Source: Tubiluchus corallicola (Eukaryota > Animalia > Priapulida). From it: a stretch of 64,000 bases of DNA. How positions within the stretch are numbered: position 1 is the stretch's first letter; the number at the start of each line of letters is the position of its first letter. Positions 1 through 13,849 of the stretch are shown piece after piece. The stretch is from positions 558,001 to 622,000 of the forward strand of contig JAQGDQ010000098.1 in assembly GCA_030141605.1 (NCBI GenBank). Direction: 5' to 3'. Position numbers and translations under genes: made by a program. Below the pieces are notes generated by a model. The model was not told where the DNA came from, made no database searches, and saw nothing but the letters and a program-made list of their open reading frames with translations.

Positions 1-3000
1 TTGTCGACGATCGTGACATTACACATCAAAATCAGACCCACTACTCTAATAACCTTTTTACTTGGGGTGAACATGAAGTTGTTTATGCAGCATATGACAG
101 CTTCGGAAATGTTGGGACCTGCAGCTTCAAAGTATATGTTATTCGTAAGTAATATTCAATCATACACTATCATAGAATATACAGAATATTTAAATTTTGT
201 TGTGAAGTAAGAGAGTTACAATTTAAAATAAAGTGACCAACTTTTCAATAAGTTTTCTAGGTTTTCCCAGTGACAAAATTAAGAAGTTTCATCAGTTTAC
301 AGAGAGTAGCTTTAGTCTCGAGCATTATGGAATTGTTATGGAATTTTTTTTTCAAGTTTCAATCAACTTGAAGTTTTAATGTTCTTGCACCTGTTCCTAG
401 CTTTAGTAATAAGACGCCTTGTATTGATTTCCCAGTTACAATGCTTACTCTACCTGAAAACAGGTAAGGCAATGTCAAAATGTTGTTTCGTATAACTTGT
501 GTGGTAATTCTTTATTTACGTTGCTTACAGGTCAGCCATGTGAAACTCCAGTTGTACCACCAGGTGTCATTGAGAACTGTGAGGAATGGGGACGAGAGGG
601 AGACGGTCTCTTCTTTTGCACCATTTCTTGTCAGGACAAAGAAGCTCGCTTTCCGCAGACACTTCCAGCTTTCTTTAGTTGTGGTTTGGATGGCATCTGG
701 AGGCCAAACAGGGGAACTCCTAATGAAATCACTTATCCCAGTTGCACTAGTGAGTTTTTATACCATCACTTGCTTAATTATTTAGAAATTTGGTTTGTTT
801 GCCACTCTTATTATCTTACATTACCAGCTTTGAATTCACAGTAGTGGGTCACTGAAGCAGATGCCTGACATTTTGTATTATAGAACTATGCTGTTCCTTC
901 AGATGCATTTAAATTGGCCAGTGTCTAATTATGTATTATGTCTTCTGTATAATCATACACGCATGATCTCGCTTGAAGTATTGTTAAGCAGTTTCCTACA
1001 GTGCTTTTAGTTTTTCTATGTTTTCTGCATGTACGTCTCTAAAAGTTTTGCAGATTGAATCAGTCAAAAAATAGCAGTCCTATTGTACAGTCAAGAAATT
1101 GTTCAAGCATTGACTGTTCTCACATTCTAATCTTTTGCACTGTAATCTTTGTTATGATGTATGTTGTCATGTTCATCATCATTTTATCATTGTCATTATC
1201 ATCATCATCATCTTATCATTGTCACTGTTATCATCACCATCAATAAGATCATCGTAGTCATCATCATCAAGTGGGGTATAAACTTTACGTACTTTAGTTT
1301 AGTGAATTTACATTTGCCTTTATTGTAATTAGATACCAGCAGGCCGGATTCTGAAGTGTCTTTCCGGATGAACTACCGTACCATAGACAGTTGTGACAAT
1401 AGACAGACAGATGCTGTCAGTATTGCACTGAAGAAGCGTGTTTACGAGATCCACACTGCAATCGCTCTCTGTAAAGATGCAAACTGCGATACGCTGGCCG
1501 TGGATGTGGAGTGTATAGACACACGAAATGGGGCAGTGTTTTCCACTCGCGGCAACTTTGTTGCTCCAAGGTAATTCAGTGATAAGCAGACTTAATCAAA
1601 TCTAGCGTGAATAATAAACGATGCTCAATATTAAGTTATTCCGTTTATGTCTTCAAGTTTTCACTTTGTGTTTCCTTGGCTTTCATTTTTAATTACGTGA
1701 CACTTTTGGTGTCATTTAAGCTATTTATATCTACTTGTTCAACTGCATTGCATTGCCAATTGAAATCTGAGCTAGTATCAGTTGGTATTATTTGGTGTTG
1801 TACAGAATTTTTGACACTGACATTGCCAAAGCCATATCATTCTCAACATGAAATGCATGTAAACTGCTGGAGTATATCGCACTGTATCACGTGTTACCAC
1901 CACTTAGTTTATATCTGGCCGTACTGTGGTCTACTGACAGTACATTTTTTCAGAAATTATGAAATATCATTTTAATTTTTTTCGTACTGTTTACTTTTTC
2001 GTAACTTGCTGTATTTGTACATGTACATTTGCTTTCTTTTAGTTGCTCATTTTCCTTTTTGTATTGGAGTTTTGAAAATATATTGTTACTTTCTCTGGTA
2101 TTGAAGACGATTGACACCCTTCTAGATGGCAACTTACTACAGATTCTAGAAAATTTAATCACGCAAATAATTTTGTAATTTTAGTTCATCTGTTAATGAA
2201 GTGCTGAACAAACTCCAAAAAGAAGTGATTGAAAACAATGGACTTGATCTTGGACGAACTGCTAATCGTGTTCAGAGAGACTTGTCTTCATTCACCATTT
2301 ATCCGACTCCAAAATGTCCGCCAGGACAAACACTTATAGGCGCTGTTTGTGGTAAGTTTTCTGGATGGTATCTGCTTAGTGCTTCAATTTTCATAGAAAA
2401 GTGGCTCTGTAATTTTGTCATCTTAAATTTAATTAGATTATTACATACCAGAGTAGAATTCAAAATTGTAGACATTGTCAAATCATACAGTGATCATTAA
2501 TTTACTAAGTATGAAGCGTTTGCTTTTTCTTTTATTTCATAATTTGAGCATTTTGTAAATAAAAATCCATTTGGACGAGTGTTATTTTGCTAATTGAAAT
2601 TGCCAAAGCCATATCACTCCTAACACATGAAATGCATGTAAGTTGCTGGAGCATATCACGCTACATCATCACGTGTAACCACCACTTACTTTATATTTGT
2701 CTGTACTTACCTATTTAGTTTTTAAGAGATTGACTTTAATCAGGTTGAATTCAACTCCTTTCTCTTTGTGGAAAGAAAAGTCAGTTTATGCTGTTGTCCC
2801 AAAAACATTTTTTTTGAATTTTTAATGTGTCAATGCAACTTAATTGCAACTTAAATTTACAAAAAGGAAACACGAATTTCAGTTTTGTCGATTTTTTGTT
2901 ATTACATTTTAGTCCAATGTGCTCCTGGCATGTACTACCACCATGAATCAGAAAAATGTCTTGATTGTCCTCGAGGTAGCTATCAACCGGAAATTGGACA

Positions 3001-6000
3001 AACAGAGTGCATCGCTTGTCCTGACATTAACGGCCGTCCAGGGGTCACTAAGGGTCTTGGATCAACATCAGCTAGCCAGTGCAAAGGTAAGTAGGCAATA
3101 CTTCTCAGTGCAATCTGCATGGGACTTAAGTTGGATTTAAGGTATACTCTAAGGTACATTATGCCTAGTCCGCGCAGTCCTTCAAAGGAATTGCATTAAG
3201 ACTGTCCACACAATAAGTTTTCACTGACAGTTACTTTGGATGCAGCTATTTGTTGAAGGGGTATTCTCTAACTTCTTTTCATTTCTGAAATGGCTTATAT
3301 GAAAATGGGTTTTATTTTACTATGTGCTACAAAGAGAAAGTGAAATGTTTCATTTCCACAAAGAAATGAAACAATAAGGTAATTTATATTAAATGTATCA
3401 AGAATTAAAATCAGAAGCACGTACTTTTCCAGACTAATTGTCGTAGTTTGAGTTTTTGTACATTTCCCTGTACAAGTCTATAAAACTTATGTACAATCAA
3501 TTATGGAAATTTCTGCACTTATGCAAACGTACAAAACAATTTATGTAAACACTTTTAGTTAATAATTCATTGTTTTTAGTAACAGTGCACCGTATGTGCA
3601 CCTGGCTATAAATGGGCTCTTCTAGCTCACCAGCTTGCATTATTATTGCGTGCTCATTCCGAGAATGATGACCAACATAGGCGAAAATCAAGACCAGCTT
3701 GATATTGTCAAACCTGAATGATATTCAGATTTTACTGTCATTCTTGGTGTCAGTCACTCCATCGACGATGACAAACTCAAGAATGATTTGGCAGTATTTT
3801 GAATGAACATGTGGACGGCCTATCAGAGTAATGCAGTTTATATACTGTACCTGGGCAACTATTAAATGGCCATCTTACTATTCACTTCATTTTTGATTTG
3901 TATATTCCTGTAACCCCTTGACTTCCATTTCATTAAATAAGTCAAGTTTGAGTTCATTAGTATTAGTATTAAACTATTAGTATGTTACTGAATGTTCTAA
4001 AACATTTTGTACATTTCAGAGGCGTGTTCCCCGGGTTATTACTACAATAGTACGAAAGAGAGATGCACCCCCTGCGGGCATGGCTTTTACCAGGAAGCAC
4101 CGGCACAGTTCGCTTGTAATCCGTGTTTTATTGCTAAAACTACAATATCTCGGACAGCAACCAGGCCGATTGACTGCTTAGGTACTGACTGGGTTGTTTT
4201 GTTAGAAATATCTATACCAAATTTTGTTTTGGTAATAAAGTGCTTTGTTTGTCCAGTAGAAGCTTTAATCAGAGTTTTGATGTTGCATGGAATTGTGCAT
4301 TTACATTTGCACTTCCATTTATAATTTTGTAACTTTCTGACTCTTAAAAGGCACTGTGGTTCTCACTTTATATCTTCTTTGGTTTTATACTTCAAACCAT
4401 AGTCCCATGGTGACGATCACTCAGTAATCAATCATATTATTGCAAAAAGCATATCCCTCTGTTTTGCATTATTTCACCTTTCACACTTTTCAGATGATTG
4501 CAACTCTGGTTTTGAAATGAAAGGTGATGGCCGGTGTGAGCCATGTCCTAGAGGCCATTACAGAACTGGAGGTTTGCATGAGAGATGTCAGAAATGTCCG
4601 CCTGAGAAGCCAGATACTAAGAGGCCTGCGGTATGTAGGTTTTATTTAGAGAAGCTCATTTTGTGGTACTGTACATCAAATGAGTTCCGATAAAAAAACC
4701 ACTGCGAGAAATTAATTATTATTGACCTTTGACTCTAATTATAGTTAAAGTACTGGAACTTTCAGCAATAGTTTTTTTATTGCTTATAGTATATTTTACT
4801 TTGCTTTTACGTAAACAAGCTTTTTCAGTACCATTGCACCATTATGTAAAAAATAATCTAAACCTGAATTTACACTTATAAATGAGTCTCTTTCAAGTGG
4901 TTTTGACACTGAACTGACACATGCTCGACCGACTTTAATTTGATAGACAGTTGACTTTTAACTCAATAATGAAAATTTGACAAATATTCTTGCTGAACAC
5001 ATACCAACTGCAAAGGTCAAGTAACTGTCTTACTTGGAGTTTGATGACTACAGTACACGCATAGCTTCATTTAGTTACATTTACATCAATATGAATCAAC
5101 ACAATATTTAATTTATTATACAACTAGAGTCCAATGTGCATCGAGCTTGTTTGTAGTGTTTCTTGTTTTCACTACGTGTGACCACACTGCATTTTCAAAA
5201 GGCTATATTTAATAATGTTTTTTATAAGCCGTAAGGAGTATAATTATGTACTGCACTGCAGTGCATTTAGGATGGATCTAACAATCCATTTTTTCACAGC
5301 TTTTCATAAGTGCCTATGTGCATGTTGCACACTGGACAAAAATGCTGCATGTCTTTACACGAATCTTTAACAAATGGAATCCAAGCACAACACCAACACC
5401 TGAAAATAGGAAACTGGTATCTTTGAAACTTAGATTATATTGCCTACCGTTAGTCACAAAAAAGGCGATTAAGCACTATTTCAGATAACTTCATGGAATA
5501 GGATGATTTTTTTTTTAAAAAATTGAATTTTAATTAGATTCTCTTTAGCATTTTAGCTGCGCTGAGCTGCAGAAAATTGTCTTTGTTTTTACGAACAAAA
5601 ATATTCGGACATTTATATACATTGGTAATTTCAACAACAATGAAAAAGTTTCTTACACAAAGAAGCAAAGAATCCCAAAGACGAGGAAAGTAAAGAGGCC
5701 ATTCTTTGGCACTGTCCTCGTAGTTATTTGAGCATGGCATTGTGGGCATTCCATTGACGTCGGATATGGACCCAAAGAACTCTTTGTTACAATGATCGTT
5801 GCATGAGCTGGCTGCACAATAACTGGAATAAAAATAGTCATTAATAATTAACTGGGCTAGCTGCTCTAGCTTACCATACAAAGCATTTTTTGTTAAACTT
5901 CAATAGAATCTTTATTGCGCATCTGAGGATCTTTTGGTACAGCAATAATATGCTTATAGCAGAGGCTAGCTGGACGGTGACTGGAGATAACTGTTATTAC

Positions 6001-9000
6001 TTATTAGTGATCGTTCTAAAAACAGATGTTTATTTGAAATGAGAGACTTTGGTGATTCTGAGGCTGAACAGGATTATTTTACTGCTGACCTGCATCTTCA
6101 ATTCCTCAATGAATATCTGGGATGATGGCATACATGCTTCATACCCTGTTGTTATTATTTGCAAAATAAGTTCAGAAATTCTTTTATAAAACTTCCCGGA
6201 AAAGTAATAAACTTACCAGGCTGCATTGGCTGTTCTGGGTAGTTGGACATTTTCACATATAAATGACTCTGCAGCACTTTTTTACTTATAAATTTTCCGA
6301 GCTGACTGTGAGTGTTTCTGCCTGTCCTTGAGATTCAGTTTAACCATCACAAGTTTGCATGTATATCACAGTACACGTCCAGTCCTGAACAAATGTTTAC
6401 TAATCAACTAACCCAATTTCGAGATTAAACAAATACTTCACACCAACACATCACATGTTGCCGCCTATAGCACCTAAGTCCAAAATAAACGCTTCCTAAA
6501 GCGAAATAAATTTTAGCTCAAGGGTCGTGTTTCCCCCGGCTTTATTGTTCGCAGCATAAGCAGTTGGCCTGTTGATCTTGACATTACTATTAAGGCAGTA
6601 TTGTCCAGTAATCTTCATCGTCTGATAATTGATTACTTTCTCAGAGGACTGTATCAGTCTACTTGTTTGATATGGATTGCATTAATATCGATAAGTGTTC
6701 AAAAATTTGCATTGAATTGTCACTGGCATTAAAAGATCCAGGATCTAAAATGCTTGCAACTGCATAAAAAAATCCACATTTTACCTACTTTTGGCAGTTT
6801 GACCGTTATTATCAGTTTTTCAATCAGTTTTGTTACTAACAGTAGCTGCCTTTGGGGTCTGCATCCATAGTGTAATATTACTGCAACAATGCTGCATTGA
6901 AGCATTGTTAATTAATGTAATTTGTAGCGAGATAGGTGCCATACATAATGCTGTATTTTAGGCAAGTTCACAAAAAAACTATATTATTTTCACTAGCTTT
7001 GAAACATTTGTCAAACAATTCGATTAAACGTCTACCTTAAATTTTAGTTATTGCAAATGGATGTCTGGTATTTATTACCTACTACCATACTAGATTAGAG
7101 CTATGTGAAACATCTGCAAAGATCTTAACTTAATGTCCAGGTTGCTGTGCCTCACCTTTAGTCACTTCTTATTCCTTTCTTTGCAACAAAATGTTTCTCG
7201 TATCAGGATCTTTATCTATTTATAATCTTTTTGATAACTTGCATTGCGTAATGATTATAGTGCTTAACAGTATGTAAAGGCTTTATTGTACATGTTAAGC
7301 TAAATTCATTTTTTCGCTTGTAGCAGGTGTACATATCTGATTGTGTGCCACACATCGATACAAATTTCACAATTGGCACTGGTCCAGATGTGCAGTGGAA
7401 TGAAGTCGAGGTGGACATAGACGGTGAAAATGAAGTTGGTGGGCCGGCACTTCATACAGGCGGTATTTAAACCATTTTTACTTAATAAATTGCCAGTACA
7501 TGTCAAGCAAGTGTGTGAAGTTGTCTTCATGTCTGATATTGAAACAATTAGTTCTTAAGTTTTGTTCTCAAACTAATGATCTCACTTGTCATTGGCTAAT
7601 TTTTTTAGCCTAATAAAAATGAGAATCTTGGAAAAATGAGTCATGAAACATACTTCCATGTAGAATATGTTTTATCAAAAGGTGCAAATGGTGACATTCA
7701 ACCTAAACCATGCATTTTTTGGAGCCTGTGCACTAGATTACTCGGTGGTGCTTGCATCCATTTTCCTTTACCATTATTTTTCTCTTGAAATTACACTTAC
7801 GTGGCAGTTTATAATTATTTTTTGCAACTGAATAATGCCACATTACCATGCCTTACATTTATGCAACACACAATACCACACACTTTACATTTATGCAACA
7901 CATAATACCAATATGTTTACAGTACTTGTGCTGCCAGCTACTGAAATTGTAGTCAAAATTAACAGGAGCTAGAAAGTAGGTGCATTCATAAGATACAGTA
8001 GTCACACAGTTTCTAATGTGAGTATTCGGTGTAAATATTCGGACTGTTGCATTTTCAAATTTTTGTTTAGTTTAAAGTACGCTACCACAGGCATCTTAAT
8101 TTTAAAAGAGCAGGAAAACTAGGGGTCTATGTTATGTTTCGATGTTTGCGCTAAAGCTAAAATGAGTTAGCTACTTAAAGCGAAATGTCACTAGACATTT
8201 TGTAAAGTTTAGTTTGACTTCTCCAAAGGTATATTGCATTGGTAATACATCTATAATTTATAATATGTACATATAAAGATAATAAAACTAATCTTTAATT
8301 CTATGTTTGTATACCTTCTGCAATCAACTAATTTGTAAAGGTATATTCAATTCACATTATTTGTCGTTTACAACTAATTTGTAAAGGTACATTCACATTA
8401 TTTGTCGTTTACTATGTAATATGTTTATGGCAAGTACCATATAAATTTCACTCTTCACTTTAATCAACAGGTAGTCGACTTTGCTCACCTGAATGTCACA
8501 GTCGCGGAGGTACGTGTACTCAAGATTTGGAAACATCTTCCTGGCACTGCGAGTGTCCTGTGGGTTTTGACGGTCCAAACTGCGAAATACAAGTTTCTAG
8601 TGAGTATTTAATGTCTCAAGGTGATGTATGATCTCCAAACTGCAAATCTTACCATAAGATTCAGGTCTACAAGTCATGTATTCAATTGGCGTGATTGTTT
8701 TTTGTTCATTGCAGTAGAGAATCCTATAAGTGAAAGTTAGCACCCATCCGCCTTCCGCTATCATTTTAGTCTTTGTTGTATTTGCTTTGTCTCATATTTG
8801 AGACTGTATAAGTTAGATATTCTGCAGTGTGTGCTTCACAAGCCTTTAATGTGTTATTCGATGTTTCTTTGACATAGCTACTTGTATTTGTCTTCGAATT
8901 TTGTTTTGATGCTGAAATATCTTAGTTAGATGTTGATGCAGAGTCCTCAATGTTACAGTTTGATGGTATTAAAAATTGTGAAGAAAAAAAGTAGCTGATG

Positions 9001-12000
9001 TGAAAAAGTAATTGTGGTTCTGCTTTTGTTAGGAGGTCTGTGTCCTTTTAGCTGACTTATTTGTATTATTTCTCTGTTGCAGGCTGCACCATAGACTGTC
9101 AAAATGGAGGATTGTGCCGGGGAGATGCTGGGGAACAGTTTTGCATATGCCCACCTGGCTTTGGTGGCAAGCATTGCGAGATTTCTGGCTCTAAAGGAGG
9201 TAAAGCTGATACTAGTTGAAGGTTTCTCACTTTTTTGAAAACACAACTTTTAAAATTAATAGTATTAAAATATAAAATTATTTTTTCAATGTCTTGGATA
9301 AGGTGCTGAGATGGGGAGATAGCAGGCTACCATACAATCCATACTTCCAGTGGATAGGCTTAAGTGGTTAAAAGTATTTGCTTAAACCCAAAAAGACTGC
9401 CATTGCTTTTTGACAGGAAATTTTAATAAAGGAAGCACTTATAACATAAAACTTATTTTCAATAAACTGTTTTTACAATGGCTCAAGATTGGTCACTGGA
9501 CTATATTATTGAAAGGCCTTTTCACTTCCATTTTGCCTTGTCTGAGAAAATAACTTTTGTCAACATTGTTAATGTTAATTCGCTAACAAAATAATGTTGT
9601 TGTTTATTTGTTTGTTTAACTACAGGTTTGACAACCAAGGATGTAGCAAAAATAGCAGGAGGGGTTGGTGGAGCACTTATCTGTCTGCTAGTCATCATTC
9701 TCATTATTGTATGTGTGTACTGTTACAAGTAAGTGAAATCTATTTACTAAACAAAATAGACTTACGTTTTGCAACAGACATGTTATAGAAAACAAAAAAA
9801 GCTGCTGTTTTTATGTCGTAGTGTGGTGCACAATATATAGATAAAACAGAAGATTAAGTCAGAGTAAAGTAAAAGTATTATTAATGAGACAACGTATTAA
9901 AGCAATTACAATCATGAGCAAATTGGTGGTGCCATCTGTGGGCTTTAATTATAAGTTCACGTAACTGTTAATGTGTTAGTGATTACACTAGCTGTTACAG
10001 AATTAAATGTGTTGTATAATTCATAATTATATTCGTTACACACGTTAAATAATCAATGTCATCAAGTCTTTGTTTAACAACAGGTCGTGCATGATTATAT
10101 TAGCTATTACAGCATTAAATTTGTTGTATAATTCATAATTACGTTCGTTATGCACGTTAAATAATCAATGTCATCAAGTCTTTGTTTAACAACGATAATG
10201 CGTTCTGCAAAATGGAGTAGCAGGTGAACTTGATTAAATGAAGCTTTCCATGTTTCCATAACGAATGATGTAAATGCAGTCGTTGGGATTTCACTAAAGA
10301 AAATCTTTAATGCTTAGCATAAATAATATATAGAAACTAAGCATTTTATTTCTACTTGTTTTTTGTAAAGTACAACAAAGATCTATTTGTTGTAATGTAA
10401 ATGCAGTGATTACACAATTTGCATAAAATTCTCAGTAATAAGTTACGTAGCTATTCCTTACAGAGCAGTAAATATTTTGTTAAATTTCAAATTTAAATTC
10501 CCTGTCTAGCGTCTAGTGTCCTGGACTTCTTTCCTATCCTACTTTTGTGGCTCATGCCTTTTAACTTCATTTCAAATCAAGTGACTTGTAACCTTATTCC
10601 CAAGTTAAGTAACAGGCAAATTGCTGGCTAAATCTAATCTGCAAAGCTTCTTTGGACTTTGGTTCCTGGCAGATATTAATTAACTTCAAAGTCCAAGTTG
10701 CCTGGCACAAAGCTAACTCTCATACCAACAATGCATTCAAAAAAGCATAATTTTCTAGTAGACTCTTAAATACATCCGATAGAATACCAGTATTCCATTA
10801 TATAAAATAACTAGCTCTGTCGTACACTAGCAGCAAGGTAGCAAGCTTAACACGTACCAGCAGCTAATCACTCTTACTGGAACACAGCAATGCAATTAAG
10901 TTTTGCTGCTTTAAACGAGATCAAGAATTTGTTGTTAAATTGAAAGTTTCTTTAAGTAAGGTTTGGATTTCATCATTAAGACAAACTATTAATCATTAGG
11001 GATGAAAGGAGGTACCAAACTGTAGTGGGCACTCGAACGAATTGTCGTTAAAGCACTATAGTTTAGTTTAGTGAGCTTGCAAGTTCTGCACAGCACGTTG
11101 GCACATTCCTTGCAGGTATTGTATTGTGTTTGTGTTATATGCACTATGCTACATGCCGTGTCATGTTATGGTATATTATATTTATTATATGTATTCTATC
11201 CTGCATTGTTCTGCACTGTGCTCATACTCACTAAGCTATACTATGCTTGAATTCTATCGAACACATTGGTATAACATCATATTATATCAGGTACCCTTAT
11301 TTTTTAATATTTAGTATTTTACATTGAGGGTTATTAATGTGATTAAAGTATATTTATTTGTTATTAGGGACAGCTCAAAGCAAAAGAAAAAACGAGCTGC
11401 TATGTCATACTACAGCATGACCCGATTGCCTGGCATGCCAACGCCTGTTATGACCAGTGATAGAACTGACCTCTATCCGCCATCTCAAGCAGCTAGCATG
11501 ATGAGTATTCCTGGCTCACATACTGCTTCGTTGTATAGGCCAGGAGCTCCATTATCAAAATCGCAAGGCAGTATAGGTATGCAATTTTGCTCTTAATGTG
11601 GTCATGTGCATTTTATATCTTCAAGCTTATATATTTATACAAAATTTGGATTGCTGTGGTTCGTTGTTAACAAACATGCATCGAACATACAATTGTACAG
11701 TTTTTGAAGTCTGTGAAGATTGAACACACTGAATCACCGGTCGAAGTGCTCTGTTGACAATGCATATCAACACCCTAGTACGTTTTGATTTTCTTGCAGT
11801 AGAATAATTGAGATAGTCAAGGTACATTGACAAAAAATGCATGTCCTACGAAATCTAATTTATATTGACTAAGTATTTCTTAACCACAAAATGATAATAA
11901 TAATTGTTATTTGTTTGATTAATTGCGACAAACATATTTATTTGAGTTTTTGAGTATTTCTTGCTTTATGTTATTAATTTTCTATGGAAAGCCTGTGGTC

Positions 12001-12754
12001 CATAAAAGTCTTTCAATGTTGCACACTTGTTCACCTTTTTACAGTTGTGCAAGAAAATTTGTTTTTGACTTAATTAATAATGACTTAATTTTATTGAGCA
12101 GCTCCAAAGCCACGTGAAAGAGCTTCAAACTATAGTCATGTACAAATGAGTCGATCATATGGCAATATGGCTGCAGCTGCCAGAGAGAGCAGCTCTCTAG
12201 GAAGAAGCTATGGAAATCCTTATGAGAGAGACCATACCTTGTCTTCCATAGGTGTTGATGAACAATTTTATGCAATGCCTAGCTGTAAGTCAGTGTTTAA
12301 AATATGTGTATCACCGACTAAAAAACTTTCGAGAACTTTTGAGAAAGATGGATTACTTTTGAGCTTTTCAGCATTTTTCTTGTTTGTGCATGTTTTTGGA
12401 AAAAACTAAATTGTGATTACTAATAGACAAGTCAAAGCAACGTTTTGACTGATTTCTGTGAAAATCAGTGAACTATTTTTTGGGAAGTAGAGCTATTGAC
12501 TTGGCTTCAAAACATTATGTTAGTAAGGTGCAATGCAAAAATATTGCTTTTCAAATGTTTAAATAGTAGCATATTTAATAAATTTTGTGTTCATTTGCTG
12601 TAGTATTCATCGATAACAGCGATTTTAATTAATGTCACTTTTTCATTTTATAGCATTGGGTATGCCATCATTATGCACCTGTCCGAAATCACACAAGCCT
12701 CATCCTCATCACAGTCCACTGTACAAACATCGGTTGATGGACAATCGTTTCTAA
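1..12754 (+). CDS. uif: Uninflatable-like / SVEP1-like multidomain type I membrane protein, 5'-truncated by the window edge (HYR - Sushi - linker - 3x Ephrin-receptor-like/GCC2_GCC3 - 2x EGF - TM - cytoplasmic tail)
   Basis: Phase-consistent GT-AG exons: <1-144 (HYR: FTWGEHEVVYAAYDSFGNVGTCSFKVYV), 531-749 (Sushi: C..C..CGLDGIW..PSC), 1333-1570, 2185-2351, 2913-3086, 4020-4181, 4494-4630 (CPxGxY repeats), 7324-7462, 8471-8599 and 9083-9199 (EGF: CECPVGFDGPNCE, CICPPGFGGKHCE), 9626-9728 (TM IAGGVGGALICLLVIILIIVCVYCY), 11368-11576, 12102-12284, 12654-12754 (stop TAA). The domain order matches the C-terminus of Drosophila Uif as recalled; orthology is an inference. Confidence 0.85.
1170..1270. 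repeat. Degenerate (TCA)n microsatellite, intronic
   Basis: Runs of TCATCATCA interrupted by point variants. Confidence 0.8.
1822..2706. repeat. Dispersed repeat of about 105 bp in two adjacent introns (1822-1925 and 2599-2706)
   Basis: ATTGCCAAAGCCATATCA..ACATGAAATGCATGTAA..TGCTGGAG.ATATC..ATCACGTGT.ACCACCACTTA.TTTATAT is shared. Confidence 0.85.
3663..3745. repeat. Interspersed repeat family member; second copy at 54637-54720
   Basis: GAATGA.GACCAACA...CGAAAAT..AGAC.A.CTTGATAT.GTCAAAC.TGAATGA.ATTCA.ATTT.ACTGTCATTCT occurs at both loci. Confidence 0.8.
5294..6250 (-). CDS. LITAF: LITAF (zf-LITAF-like) domain protein, 101 aa, nested antisense in an intron of the uif-like gene
   Basis: Exons 6250-6217, 5822-5657 and 5399-5294 join in phase to MSNYPEQPMQPVIVQPAHATIIVTKSSLGPYPTSMECPQCHAQITTRTVPKNGLFTFLVFGILCFFVCWCCAWIPFVKDSCKDMQHFCPVCNMHIGTYEKL*. 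It has the CxxC - hydrophobic segment - HxCxxC signature of LITAF domains. Confidence 0.92.
8326..8412. repeat. Short tandem duplication (about 45 bp, 2 copies)
   Basis: CAACTAATTTGTAAAGGTA...ATTCACATTATTTGTCGTTTAC occurs twice. Similar small duplications lie at 7853-7910, 53610-53660 and 61190-61238. Confidence 0.85.
9979..10192. repeat. Tandem duplication, period about 111 bp (2 copies), intronic
   Basis: TGATTA...ATTAAAT.TGTTGTATAATTCATAATTA..TTCGTTA..CACGTTAAATAATCAATGTCATCAAGTCTTTGTTTAACAAC occurs twice. Confidence 0.9.
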
Positions 12755-13807
12755 TGTCATTTACAGTACCAGATATGGATGGTGCTGCTACCTGTGCAAT
12801 TCCGTGATGAGTGTTATACTCTGTAAGACTGATAATCAAATGTTCAGATAGCTGCTGTGCTCCATCTGTTTTCCTAGATAACAGATATGTTAACTGGCTA
12901 GTGACTTCAACCGAAGGCCTAATGCAGCTTGTGATTGTTAACAGTGGACATCGTTTAGTGAATTTTCAATTACTGTTTAAACTGTGATTGTTTAAAATGT
13001 CTGTTAGAGTGCAGATTAGAAAAAAATGTTGAAAAGCTGTGAAACCAACAGTGAACTTGAATTATATGTGACTTTTAGTGCACTTAATAATTTTAAAATT
13101 CCTCCTGAAACTTGTAATCAGAAAAGAGTAGTTTAGTAGTAAAATTGGATTACATGTATTTTCAAGTACAAAAACGGCTATGAAACTGCACAGAGTTGTT
13201 GTTTAACAGACAGGCTGCACTTAATTAGTATAGTGAGAACTAGGTGACATTCACTCCTTTTCATATTTTATACATGAACAAAACAAAAAGTGAGCAGATG
13301 TAATATGCAATGTGACTAAAATGCACAAAGCTGATGATACTATACAGTTGCCACATTGTTTGTTGTCATACTGGCATGACTTCATACTAAGTCAGCAGTC
13401 TGAAATGTGTACTGTAAATAATTGAGGAAATAATTTTATGAGGGTTTTTAGGGATTTACATTGTTTATAATTGAAAGTATTTGAGCACATGAATTAATAA
13501 AAAAAAATTTATTAACACAACAGTTTTGTATGCTTTTTACTATCCAGTTTAATGATGAGAACGATGATGAAGCTCTTGATATCTAGTCTTACTCTAGTGT
13601 AGCTCCTACTAATGTGATATAGCTAAATAATCATGTAAGCAATAGTCCTGAACAGTAATGAGGAATTTTACAGGGAAGTTAAAGTCATCATAATTACAAT
13701 GCTTGTGACATCCATTTCTGATATTTAAAGTTTCATTCCATTTATGAATTCATGTATGATAAAGAAACATTTGCAGTATGTATATGTACTTCCAAAACTT
13801 AAAGAAT

Positions 13808-13810
<3 letters not shown>

Positions 13811-13842
<32 letters not shown>
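13811..13842. repeat. (AT)16 microsatellite
   Basis: Direct reading of the sequence. Confidence 0.95.

Positions 13843-13849
<7 letters not shown>

Noticed and set aside
6090-6145. Possible extra LITAF exon (GYEACMPSSQIFIEELKMQ)
   Set aside because: At 56 nt it would shift the frame, and the three-exon model is already complete.
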